Origin: Clostridiaceae bacterium
Lineage (GTDB): Bacteria; Bacillota; Clostridia; Oscillospirales; QAMX01
Direction: 5' to 3'
Length of the DNA: 64,000 bases
NCBI GenBank assembly: GCA_034926225.1
Contig: JAYFRF010000009.1
Coordinates: 3,134-67,133, forward strand
Below, piece by piece: positions 7,815-16,667 of this stretch (within the stretch, counting starts at the first letter, position 1; every line of letters begins with the position of its first letter). The notes under the pieces were generated by a model. It was given only the letters and a program-made list of their open reading frames with translations. It ran no database searches and was not told the DNA's origin. The position numbers and the translations under genes are program-made.

Positions 7815-9066
7815 CTGAGGTTTCCTCCGTTTCTGTAGAATTTACGAACGCGCCCGCGTCCTGTAATTTAGTCATCGCGCCGTTGATAAGAAAAAGGTCC
7901 CCTCCCAGTTCTGCCGGGATGCGGTCGAGGTTCTCAAGCTGCCTGATATCGTTGGCAGACATCCATCCATTCTGCCGTGCGGTGGCGTAGCCCGTCATAC
8001 GGCTGGCGTAATCTCCGCGAAGCAATCCATCCACATTGAATTTCGTAAACACATCACGCTTTTCGCTTTCGAGCAGCAGCGACTTATTCATCGCTTGTTC
8101 CCAGCGTATAACCCACGGGTCTAGCGTGTATTTCACGAACTCAAGCGACTGTTGCTCAATATTGCTGAACGATGATTTCTCCAAGTCGGCGAGCATATGT
8201 GGCGGTACCCTGAAAATGCGGGCGATTTCGTTTATCTGAAATTTCCGTGTCTCAAGGAACTGTGCCTGTTCCGGTGAGATGGCAATCGGTGTATACTTGA
8301 GACCTTCCTCAAGAACTGCGATCTTGTTGCTGTTAGCACTGCCGCCAAACGTGGACTGCCAGCTTTGCCGTATACGCTCCGGATCTTTAATCGTGCCGGG
8401 GTGTTCGAGGACACCGCTTGGTGCTGCACCGTTAGCAAAGAATTTAGCGCCGTATTCCTCAGCGGCGATGGCCAGCCCCACGGCGTTTTTCGCCATTGCA
8501 ATCGGTGAGTATCCAACTAGGCCATCAAAGCCCAGACCGAGAACGTGCAGCACATCGCTTGGTGCGAGGATGACGTCACTCTGTTTGGCTTTGCCAATCT
8601 CCGGTGCATCATCGCTGCTTTTTCGATAACGGTAGTAAAGCCGTCCATAAGAATCCCTGTCTACAGTCATGCGGTCAGGCATGAGCGGATACAGCGCTAC
8701 CACATCGCCGCGAGCGTTTCGTATAATTTGAGCGTAGGCGTTGCCCGTCAGCAGAAGGTGGTTCATCATGGTTTCCCGGAAGACAAACGATGTCATCTCC
8801 GGGTTCGGTTCATCGTGCAGTACGCGCCACAAGGGGTGGTCGATATACTTATCCTTACTGCCGTCGCTGCCGTATTTATACACGAACAGTGGTAAACTCG
8901 CGATTGCTTCCGCTAGAATGCGCACACAGCTGTAAACCGCTGTCATCTGCATGGCTGTTCTTTCGTTTACAACCTTGCCGGAGGACGATCCACCCAATAA
9001 AAAGCTGCTACTGCCTAAGTTCTTCGGCTTGTCACGGGGCTTAAATATATACTGGAACATGCTCAT
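7759..9066 (-). CDS. Portal protein (HK97 family)
   Basis: A 435-aa ORF with typical portal sequence (...TAMQMTAVYSCVRILAEAIASLP...). It is the next large structural gene after the TerL gene, separated from it by the AT-rich 9.1-10.1 kb patch. Confidence 0.9.
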   Translation of the reverse strand: MSMFQYIFKPRDKPKNLGSSSFLLGGSSSGKVVNERTAMQMTAVYSCVRILAEAIASLPLFVYKYGSDGSKDKYIDHPLWRVLHDEPNPEMTSFVFRETMMNHLLLTGNAYAQIIRNARGDVVALYPLMPDRMTVDRDSYGRLYYRYRKSSDDAPEIGKAKQSDVILAPSDVLHVLGLGFDGLVGYSPIAMAKNAVGLAIAAEEYGAKFFANGAAPSGVLEHPGTIKDPERIRQSWQSTFGGSANSNKIAVLEEGLKYTPIAISPEQAQFLETRKFQINEIARIFRVPPHMLADLEKSSFSNIEQQSLEFVKYTLDPWVIRWEQAMNKSLLLESEKRDVFTKFNVDGLLRGDYASRMTGYATARQNGWMSANDIRQLENLDRIPAELGGDLFLINGAMTKLQDAGAFVNSTETEETSDGQNNAGDKPKQSPRQSR

Positions 9067-9084
9067 AAGCTTATACCTCTTGTG

Positions 9085-9414
9085 TTACTGGTAAACTAAT
9101 AGAACGAATATTGGTAAAGAAGAATCCCCCGCTGAAACGCCAACTGTGTATAAATTAAAAGGGTGAAACACATGAGGCTGGGAGTGTATGGTGGGAACCG
9201 AGATGTATTCAGAAATACAAAAACGGTCTCCACCAGGCGCTTTTATAACTGATTTCTGAATTATGCGAAACACTTCTGTCGTCATCACTTCTAACAAGGG
9301 CTTTGATTGTTGGGCTGTATTCTCGGCAATGCCGTCCTTGCTGCTTTTTTCGATAGACTTACTCCTCGCTCTCAGATCCTTAATTTCTCTGACGATCACT
9401 ACAGGATACCTCAT
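9085..9414 (-). CDS. Hypothetical protein (weak call)
   Basis: A 109-aa ORF in the AT-rich patch with no convincing Shine-Dalgarno sequence and no recognisable motif. Confidence 0.3.
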   Translation of the reverse strand: MRYPVVIVREIKDLRARSKSIEKSSKDGIAENTAQQSKPLLEVMTTEVFRIIQKSVIKAPGGDRFCISEYISVPTIHSQPHVFHPFNLYTVGVSAGDSSLPIFVLLVYQ

Positions 9415-9762
9415 CGCAAATCGATCTTCTGATTAATGGGGAAATTTTGTTCGCCAATATTTGCGGTTTTTGCTTGACAGTGTCAGTTTGGGTATTGCTT
9501 TTTTTGTAACTATATAATACAATATTTTAATGATATGAACTGCTTATTCCTATCATATCAAATAAAAAGCAGACCGCATGTATCATGCCTGTTATTACTC
9601 ATTAGCACCTCTCCTTATCGCTACCGCACTGTAGGTTTTTCGGCGGTTTTTTCATTTTCCGCTTTGGTGTTGCTGGCAAGGTTTGTGTGGATGTAGAAAT
9701 CGTCCATCATCCAACAAAGATGGTTGAGTGTTACATTTGTTAAGCTGTAGGAGGAATCAGTC

Positions 9763-10014
9763 ATGAGTAAATGGAAAATTCACGAAGATGATACTTATGT
9801 ACAAGGATATTACCGACGAAGGCGTAATAGTGTAAAAAAAAACACAGGGAATGGCACAGGCAGTGTCGGTAGTTTGATTCTACTTTTTATTTTTTTTCCC
9901 TTTTTTTCATTAGGTTATATACCAGAATTAATAAAAAATAAAGCTTGGTTCTTGTTATTAATTATTGTGATTTATTTGGTATTTTATTGTAAATTTGTTA
10001 TTCGGCTTATATAA
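9763..10014 (+). CDS. Small predicted membrane protein (moron, opposite strand)
   Basis: A strong RBS (GTAGGAGGAATCAGTC-ATG) precedes the start. A basic N-terminus is followed by two hydrophobic stretches (LILLFIFFPFFSLGYI; WFLLLIIVIYLVFY). It is very AT-rich and followed by a terminator. Confidence 0.6.
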   Translation: MSKWKIHEDDTYVQGYYRRRRNSVKKNTGNGTGSVGSLILLFIFFPFFSLGYIPELIKNKAWFLLLIIVIYLVFYCKFVIRLI

Positions 10015-10023
10015 AATTTGCCT

Positions 10024-10058
10024 GAACGTAGCATATGAATATACGTTCTGTCTTTTAT
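10024..10058 (+). terminator. Rho-independent terminator after the small membrane-protein gene
   Basis: GAACGTA, an 11-nt loop, TACGTTC, followed by TGTCTTTTA. Confidence 0.5.
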
Positions 10059-10111
10059 CAAATTTCAGTTTCAACTTATCAAGTTGTATAGTCAGTAAAT
10101 ATCGTGGTCAT

Positions 10112-12787
10112 TTATATAAGCAATAAACCGCGTGTATCATACACACTTTCGCTCGTATCGTTTCCGCACCGTATCGCCCGGTCAAGCGCCATAATGGTAG
10201 CGACGGCACCGTCTATCTTCTCAGTGGATTTTTCCTTGTCTGCCTTAATGTTGCCCGCCGGGTCTGTGCGTATATAAATGTTGTCCATCATCCAGCGTAG
10301 TACCGGCTGACCGCCGTGGGCAAGCTTCTGTTCTAAGGTAAGCTTCATCAGCTCTTTTGTCGGTGGACTCATATCCTTGAAGCCCTGACCGAAGGGCACG
10401 ACGGAGAAGCCAAGGTTTTCGAGGTTCTGAGTCATCTGTACAGCACCCCAGCGGTCGAAAGCGATCTCTCGGATGTTATACTTCGTGCCGAGCTCCTCGA
10501 TAAAGGACTCGATGAAGCCGTAGTGGACGACGTTGCCTTCGGTGGTTTGTAGGAAACCCTGCCTCTTCCAAACATCATAGTTCACATGGTCACGCCGCAC
10601 ACGCAAATCGATGTTGTCCTTTGGTATCCAGAAATACGGAAGCACGATATACTTGTCATCCTCATTAACCGGTGGAAATACCAGGACGAAAGCAGTAATA
10701 TCGGTGGAGGACGAAAGGTCAAGTCCGCCGTAGCATACACGTCCCCGTAACACTTCCGGGTCAACCGGGAAAGCGCAGGCGTCCCATTTCTCCATCGGCA
10801 TCCAGCGTACGGCCTGTTTGACCCACTGGTTTAAGCGTAGTTGTCGAAAGCTGTTCTCCTCGGCGGGATTTTGCCGTGCCGACTCAAACGCCGCCTTGAC
10901 CTTATCCATACTCACCGTAATGCCGAGAGATGGGTTTGCTTTTTTCCACACCTTAGGATCAGTCCAGTCGTCCTCCGGCGCTGCGCCGTAAATAACCGGG
11001 TAGAAGGTTGAGTCGGTCTTGCGGCCGTCTATAATGTCCACCGCTTTCTGATGAACCTCCCAGCAGATGCTGTTCTGGTTATCTCCGGCGGTTGTAATAA
11101 GAAAATACAGCGGCTGCATTCTTGCGTCACCGCTGCCCTGGAGCATAACATCGTATAGTTTCCTGTTTGGCTGGGTATGAAGCTCATCAAATATAACACC
11201 GTGGGTGTTGAAACCATGCTTGTTCGCCACGTCCGCCGAAAGAGCCTTGTATTTGCTGCCGGTCGGAACATAGGTCATGGTTTTCAGGCTTGCCTGAATG
11301 CTCATTTTACTGAACAGATGAGGACAACGTTTGACCATATCCATCGCCACATCGAAAACGATACGCGCCTGGTCTTTATCCGCAGCACAGCCATAGACCT
11401 CGGCGCCGGGTTCAAAGTCCGCGCAGAGAAGATACAGCGCAACAGCCGCCGCGAGTTCGCTGTTATGTGTCGGCAAAAAAGAACGCCCCACCAGGTATTG
11501 ATGAGACGGGCTGTCAACCTGTATGCATTGCATTCCTCTGTTGGGTATAGGTTCGACGGCATCGATGTAGCGGAAATGACTCCGTGTGTAGGGATTCCTT
11601 ACGGCCGCACGTGATCGTTTGCGGTTCATACCTGACACGGGCATGTCTTCAAACGCAGTAAACTTCACATAGTACAGCGTCTCACCTGTCGGAACGCGGC
11701 CGCACTCTGTACTCGTCTTTGACCAGTCCCGCCTCTGCGTGGAGGGTGCGACGGTTATAGTATTTTTAATACCTAAACTCCACAGCAATTCACTGACACT
11801 TTCAGAGAGCGCTTTTTCTGTGGAGGTGTATATGCCTTGTCCTTTACGGGTACTGATACAGCCATCTGAATCCATTAACCCTTGCAGCAACCGCAACCGC
11901 TGCTGTCTCGAAGCCCTGATATATGGAAATGGAATCACTTTCTCGTGGAAGCTCTTTAACAGCACGGAACGCAGCGCCGGGATGTTGAAAACAATACTGT
12001 CGCCGGTGTTGTTCAAGGCGCTCAGCACCTCGTAATACGGTACTATGTTTTTTAGCACTCCGGCGACATCTTCGGTCTTTATTGTTACTTCAGGCCTTAC
12101 CGCATTCCCGTTACCAAGCCAGTAACCCATCAGATACGGTTCTATCGGCAAATCGGCATCGGGCACTTCAATGGCATCGGAAACGGCAATCCGAAATCGA
12201 ATCACCCCGTCATGCTTTGGCATACGGAACAATTCACCGGTTGTCATGGTGCAAGGCCTTCTCTTGCCGTGTGTATATTCACCCACCCACTGGTGGCGTT
12301 CTCCTGCGTCAATAACCTGTCCATCTTTAAAAATTATTCTGTATGCCTGTTCATCATAGTCTATCGCACTTTTTGCCACGACATGGCAGACGCGTCCCTT
12401 CTCATCAAATACCTGATCCCCAACCTGAATACTTCCCATTGTCGCAAACCCGGACGGAGTTGGAATGAGTGTGTCCAGCGCCAGTTGTTTGCCCATCTTC
12501 TTGGGGATCTCGATATATGCCGTATTGAACTGCCGGTATCCGTTCGGTTTTAGAATCCCGAATACATCCCGGATAATCTGTTCCTGCCAATCGATAAGCT
12601 CGAAAGGCTTACCGTCCCAAGTGCCTTTGGTATGGCAGCAGAAGTTTTCTATAAAGCACACAGCGTGGTCGGCGGCATCCTTGTCATAATGACTGCCTTC
12701 CGCCATAAAACGTGTGGGATGGTATTTATTAAGCTTTTTCAAGGATCCCGCCTCCTTCTGGACAAAATAATAGACCGCCATCAGCAA
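10112..12787 (-). CDS. terL: Terminase large subunit (Terminase_1-like) interrupted by an intein
   Basis: The extein sequence IEIPKKMGK/SELAAAVALYLL restores a Walker A context. The downstream nuclease half is typical. The probable true start is the TTG at 12742, after AGGAGG plus 8 nt. Confidence 0.9.
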   Translation of the reverse strand: MLMAVYYFVQKEAGSLKKLNKYHPTRFMAEGSHYDKDAADHAVCFIENFCCHTKGTWDGKPFELIDWQEQIIRDVFGILKPNGYRQFNTAYIEIPKKMGKQLALDTLIPTPSGFATMGSIQVGDQVFDEKGRVCHVVAKSAIDYDEQAYRIIFKDGQVIDAGERHQWVGEYTHGKRRPCTMTTGELFRMPKHDGVIRFRIAVSDAIEVPDADLPIEPYLMGYWLGNGNAVRPEVTIKTEDVAGVLKNIVPYYEVLSALNNTGDSIVFNIPALRSVLLKSFHEKVIPFPYIRASRQQRLRLLQGLMDSDGCISTRKGQGIYTSTEKALSESVSELLWSLGIKNTITVAPSTQRRDWSKTSTECGRVPTGETLYYVKFTAFEDMPVSGMNRKRSRAAVRNPYTRSHFRYIDAVEPIPNRGMQCIQVDSPSHQYLVGRSFLPTHNSELAAAVALYLLCADFEPGAEVYGCAADKDQARIVFDVAMDMVKRCPHLFSKMSIQASLKTMTYVPTGSKYKALSADVANKHGFNTHGVIFDELHTQPNRKLYDVMLQGSGDARMQPLYFLITTAGDNQNSICWEVHQKAVDIIDGRKTDSTFYPVIYGAAPEDDWTDPKVWKKANPSLGITVSMDKVKAAFESARQNPAEENSFRQLRLNQWVKQAVRWMPMEKWDACAFPVDPEVLRGRVCYGGLDLSSSTDITAFVLVFPPVNEDDKYIVLPYFWIPKDNIDLRVRRDHVNYDVWKRQGFLQTTEGNVVHYGFIESFIEELGTKYNIREIAFDRWGAVQMTQNLENLGFSVVPFGQGFKDMSPPTKELMKLTLEQKLAHGGQPVLRWMMDNIYIRTDPAGNIKADKEKSTEKIDGAVATIMALDRAIRCGNDTSESVYDTRGLLLI
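11462..12487 (-). mobile_element. Intein (342 aa) with LAGLIDADG-type endonuclease domain inserted in the TerL P-loop; class-3-like
   Basis: It covers residues 101-442 of the ORF. It starts QLALDTLIPT and ends FLPTHN, followed by a +1 Ser. Motifs are block B GERHQW, blocks C/E LMGYWLGNGNA and LLQGLMDSDGCIS, and block F MQCIQVD. Confidence 0.8.
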
Positions 12788-12857
12788 TCCGTCAAAATAT
12801 ACCTAAACGAGATACAGCCCATGCAGGGCTGAACCTCCGCTATTTTATTAGCGCGGG

Positions 12858-13109
12858 TTAGAAGTTTTCGCTAATGCTGGCGTTGTCGTCGTCGCACTTC
12901 CGACAAATGTCCTCGCCAAAGACCACGTTCAATCCGCTGCCGTTGTCCCATTTCACCATAACACTCGCCGTGTCATCCACCCCGATAACAGTGCCTTTGG
13001 TGCCGATGGGTGGTGCCTGCACATCGTTCATGCGGATAAGCTCTACGCGGCAACCGACCGGAAACTGGCGGCGGGTGCGCTCAACGATATCTTTACTCGG
13101 AAATCTCAT
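12858..13109 (-). CDS. DUF4314-like small protein
   Basis: An 83-aa ORF. FPVGCRVELIRMNDVQAPPIGTKGTVIGVDDTASVMVKWDNGSGLNVVFGED matches my recollection of the DUF4314 family seen in Clostridia mobile elements. Confidence 0.55.
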   Translation of the reverse strand: MRFPSKDIVERTRRQFPVGCRVELIRMNDVQAPPIGTKGTVIGVDDTASVMVKWDNGSGLNVVFGEDICRKCDDDNASISENF

Positions 13110-14100
13110 CGTTAGCCGCCTCCTCTCCGTTCAGTAAGGCTTTTACCGCTTCTATTACTGTGGGGCCGTCAGTGGCAGCGTCGAGGTCTTCTGCGTTGAA
13201 GCCCTTCTTGGCTCCCGAGCGAAACGCCGTGCTGCCGGTCAGGTTACGAAGGAGCTCCCGACGCGTTTCCTTGTACTCATCACCAATGAAGCCGAGTCGC
13301 AGGAGGAAGCAGCGGAAAGCGTACTTCTCGTTGTCTGTTTCCTTTTCCTTGGCAGTCACACGCTTCTGGCTCTTGGCTGCAGCAAGCATTTTTCCAACAA
13401 AGTGCGTGATGGCGCTAATGACTGCCGGCTCCGGAATGTGGTCGAACCAAGGGAAGCGAATAAGCTCATCGGTGAGCTCAATTTTCAAGCTATCCGCACC
13501 GAGCGCTTTTTTGATGAGCGTAGCTTTGCTGTCGACCAGCCGCTTGAGGTTGTCAATCGCGGTGTCGGTTAAAGAAGAGCGCGGCATCTCAATTACCAAT
13601 CCATTGCCATCCTCGAGTTCCGGTACATCGCTTGCCTGCATTCCGTTTTCACCCTGGAAGTTTTCGCGGCGGGTACAGCCAAGACCCAATTCCTCGCGGC
13701 CGTCCATCCTCAGGTCCTCAAAGGCGAGTGCTTCATCCAGTTGTCTTTGCATGGCTTCGGTAATCGGCGCGTCGGGATTGGCATACTGTCCGGGGTGGTG
13801 CTGGTCAATATCCGGGAACTCGTCAAGCGCACCCATACCGCCAAGTCCGCTCTCGTAGGTGTCGGCTTCGTCATACTCGCGAGTGTCGCCGTCTGCGTCA
13901 AAACCCGCGTGATGGAGTGAATCCTCCAAGTCCAGGTTGTCGGGACCCGTAAGCGTTCCGGTCTTGTCGATGTGGTAATCGCCGATCTCGTAGGCGAAGG
14001 TCGGGGCTCCAAGGTACTTGGCGGGGGAATCCAGTGCTGTGCTGATCGCGCCAACCAGTGATTTGCGTTCAGGTCCTGTTACGTTGTAGTTGATTTTCAT
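13093..14100 (-). CDS. Hypothetical protein with strongly acidic central region (often auto-annotated 'virulence-related protein' in Clostridia elements)
   Basis: A 335-aa ORF with a D/E-rich stretch DNLDLEDSLHHAGFDADGDTREYDEADTYES...DEFPDIDQ. No catalytic motif was recognised. Confidence 0.6.
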   Translation of the reverse strand: MKINYNVTGPERKSLVGAISTALDSPAKYLGAPTFAYEIGDYHIDKTGTLTGPDNLDLEDSLHHAGFDADGDTREYDEADTYESGLGGMGALDEFPDIDQHHPGQYANPDAPITEAMQRQLDEALAFEDLRMDGREELGLGCTRRENFQGENGMQASDVPELEDGNGLVIEMPRSSLTDTAIDNLKRLVDSKATLIKKALGADSLKIELTDELIRFPWFDHIPEPAVISAITHFVGKMLAAAKSQKRVTAKEKETDNEKYAFRCFLLRLGFIGDEYKETRRELLRNLTGSTAFRSGAKKGFNAEDLDAATDGPTVIEAVKALLNGEEAANDEISE

Positions 14101-14277
14101 TTGTCAAAACCGCCTTTCTTATTTCGGTACTACATTAATGCCTCAAAACCGCATATATAGCAACACTTATTTGCGATTTTCATGTAGAATACCGCACCGA
14201 TTATTCGGCGGTTTTTTGTGTATATAACACAATGCGGGAAAGAACAAAACAGGCATAGTTCAGACCTGAGAGTGAGT

Positions 14278-15516
14278 TTACTCATCTACAGTCACCTCCG
14301 TATAGGAGTAAATCACACCGTCGCGCTGTACGGAAACCTTGTCCGCCGAGCCGACCTGTTCGATGTACCGCTTGACAATAACGCCGCAGAACCGCTCATC
14401 GATTTCGGCTGTATAACAGATACGCCCGGACTGCTCACAGGCAATGAGCGTGGATCCGCTGCCGCCGAAGGGGTCGAGGACGATGGAGTTCGTCAGTGAT
14501 GAGTTCATTATGGGGTAAGCCAGAAGCGGTATCGGTTTCATCGTGGGGTGATCGCCGTTTTTCTTCGGCTTGTCGAACTCCCAGATGGTAGTTTCCTTCC
14601 TGCCGGTGTACCACTGATGCTTTCCGCTTTTCTTCCAGCCGTAGAGCACGGGCTCATGCTGCCACTGATACGGAGAGCGTCCGAGTACCAGAGACTGCTT
14701 TTTCCAGATACAGCAGCCGGAGAGATAGAACCCCGCGTCGGCAAAGGCACGGCGGAAATTCAACCCCTCGGTGTCTGCGTGGAATACATATATGGAGGCG
14801 TCGTCCGCCATGTAGCTTGCCATATTGGTAAAGGCGTCTAGGAGGAACTGATAGAACTTGTCGTTCGCCATATTGTCGTTCTTGATTTTTCCGGCGGAGC
14901 CTTCGTAATTAACGTTGTACGGAGGATCGGTCACTACTAGGTTGACGCGATGGTCGCCGATAAGAATATCATACGTTTCCTTTTTAGTGGAGTCGCCGCA
15001 GATAAGCCTGTGCCGTCCGAGCGTCCAGATATCACCGGTTTTTGAGAAGGTCGGCTTTTGCAGTTCAGCATCGACGTCGAAATCGTCATCCTTCACCTCG
15101 GTGTCCTTGCCGAACAAATCCGACAGGTCCTTTTCATCGAATCCTGTAAGGCCGAGGTCGAAGCCGAGACCCTCGAGTTCTTCCAACTCTATCTTCAATA
15201 GTTCCTCGTCCCATCCGGCATCGAGCGCCATACGGTTATCTGCGAGGATATACGCTTTCTTCTGCGCCTCGGTAAGATGGTCGACATATACACACGGTAC
15301 CTCGGTGATGCCTTCCTCCATAGCCGCCTGGATTCTGCCGTGTCCGGCGATGACACCGTAGCTGCGGTCGATGAGGACAGGGTTTACAAAGCCGAATTCC
15401 CGTAAAGAAGATCGGAGCTTTTTTATTTGCTCCGCCGAGTGTGTTCTCGCGTTATTCTGATAAGGCACCAGCTTTGCGATGGGCACGAGCCGCATCTCAG
15501 TCGTTGTCTTGCTCAT
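14278..15516 (-). CDS. ParB-like N-terminal domain fused to a DNA methyltransferase (N6-adenine/N4-cytosine, beta class)
   Basis: The N-terminus LVPYQNNARTHSAEQIKKLRSSLREFGFVNPVLID...GHGR is ParB/Srx-like. Motif IV is VVTDPPYN and motif I is LDPFGGSGSTLIACEQ. Confidence 0.9.
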   Translation of the reverse strand: MSKTTTEMRLVPIAKLVPYQNNARTHSAEQIKKLRSSLREFGFVNPVLIDRSYGVIAGHGRIQAAMEEGITEVPCVYVDHLTEAQKKAYILADNRMALDAGWDEELLKIELEELEGLGFDLGLTGFDEKDLSDLFGKDTEVKDDDFDVDAELQKPTFSKTGDIWTLGRHRLICGDSTKKETYDILIGDHRVNLVVTDPPYNVNYEGSAGKIKNDNMANDKFYQFLLDAFTNMASYMADDASIYVFHADTEGLNFRRAFADAGFYLSGCCIWKKQSLVLGRSPYQWQHEPVLYGWKKSGKHQWYTGRKETTIWEFDKPKKNGDHPTMKPIPLLAYPIMNSSLTNSIVLDPFGGSGSTLIACEQSGRICYTAEIDERFCGVIVKRYIEQVGSADKVSVQRDGVIYSYTEVTVDE

Positions 15517-16666
15517 GCTTTTTCACCGCCTCCCGGAGTTCCTGCGCACAGTGATTCCACTCCCATCTCTCGCAGCCGCCGAAGTGACCGTAGGTCGCGG
15601 TCGCGGAATAATCCGTGTCCTTCAGCTTGAGGAATTCGATAATGGCAGCCGGACGGAAGTTGAATGTATCAATAACAGCGTTTCTGATTGCCGTATCGGA
15701 ATACCTGCCTGTGCCGAAGGTATCGACCTGCACGGCGACGGGGTCAGCCTTGCTGATGGCATAGGAGACGGCGACCTGGCATTTATCCGCCAGACCGTTC
15801 TGCACGACAGACACGGCGACGCATCTCGCCATATAAGCTGCTGAGCGGTCGACCTTCGTGGGGTCTTTGCCGGAGAACGCTCCGCCGCCGTGCGCTCCCT
15901 CGCCACCGTAGGTGTCCACGATGATCTTTCTGCCAGTGAGCCCCGTATCTGCGGCGGGACCGCCTTTAACAAATCTGCCGGAGGGGTTGACGAGGATCTC
16001 CGTTTCCTCATCAAAAGGAAAGCCCTCGAACGCCGGCCACAGGACATTGGTGATAATTTCATTATGGAGAGCATCGAGGTCTTTGTCCTCGGAATGCTGA
16101 ACGGATACCACAATTGTCTTTACACGCTTGGGCTTTCGGTCTTCATACTGGACGGTCACCTGCGCTTTTCCGTCGGAGAAGATACCTTTGATGGTCCCGT
16201 CCGAGCGAACCTTGTCGAGCCGTTTACAGATCTGATGGGCAAGTTCCAGAGGCAGAGGAATAAGAGTTTTGGTTTCGTTGGTGGCGTAGCCGTAAACCGT
16301 ACCTTGATCCCCGGCGCCGATGGTGGAATACCAGGAGGTGTCTCCGTTTCTTGATTCAAGGGCTCTGGAAACGCCACCGTCGATGTCCTCCGATTGTTTA
16401 TGTATATATACATAAATGAGAAACCCCAGCGGATTGTATCCGGCTATCCGCAGGGCCTGTCTTGTAATAAATCGGATATCCACACGCTTTGAGCAGGTGA
16501 TCTCGCCCGCTACGATGATTTTGTGTCCCGTCGCCATGACCTCGCAGGCTACGCGGGAGGATTTGTCGAGCCGCATGCACTCGTCCAGAATGCTGTCGGC
16601 AATGAGGTCACACAGTTTATCCGGGTGACCGATGCATACGCTTTCACAGGTTTTATAGGATATCAT
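15497..16666 (-). CDS. metK: S-adenosylmethionine synthetase (phage-encoded MetK homolog)
   Basis: ESVCIGHPDKLCDLIADSILDE..., GAGDQG, and DTYGG...HGGGAFSGKDPTKVDRSAAY motifs. The start was refined to the ATG at 16666, directly after the terS stop (TGAtATG). Confidence 0.9.
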   Translation of the reverse strand: MISYKTCESVCIGHPDKLCDLIADSILDECMRLDKSSRVACEVMATGHKIIVAGEITCSKRVDIRFITRQALRIAGYNPLGFLIYVYIHKQSEDIDGGVSRALESRNGDTSWYSTIGAGDQGTVYGYATNETKTLIPLPLELAHQICKRLDKVRSDGTIKGIFSDGKAQVTVQYEDRKPKRVKTIVVSVQHSEDKDLDALHNEIITNVLWPAFEGFPFDEETEILVNPSGRFVKGGPAADTGLTGRKIIVDTYGGEGAHGGGAFSGKDPTKVDRSAAYMARCVAVSVVQNGLADKCQVAVSYAISKADPVAVQVDTFGTGRYSDTAIRNAVIDTFNFRPAAIIEFLKLKDTDYSATATYGHFGGCERWEWNHCAQELREAVKKHEQDND

Positions 16667-16667
16667 A

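Noticed and set aside
9085-9414. The 109-aa minus-strand ORF as a bona fide phage gene.
   Set aside because: This is not fully rejected; I kept it as a low-confidence feature. It lacks an RBS, has no recognisable motif, and lies in AT-rich DNA where random ORFs of this size are less expected but still possible.
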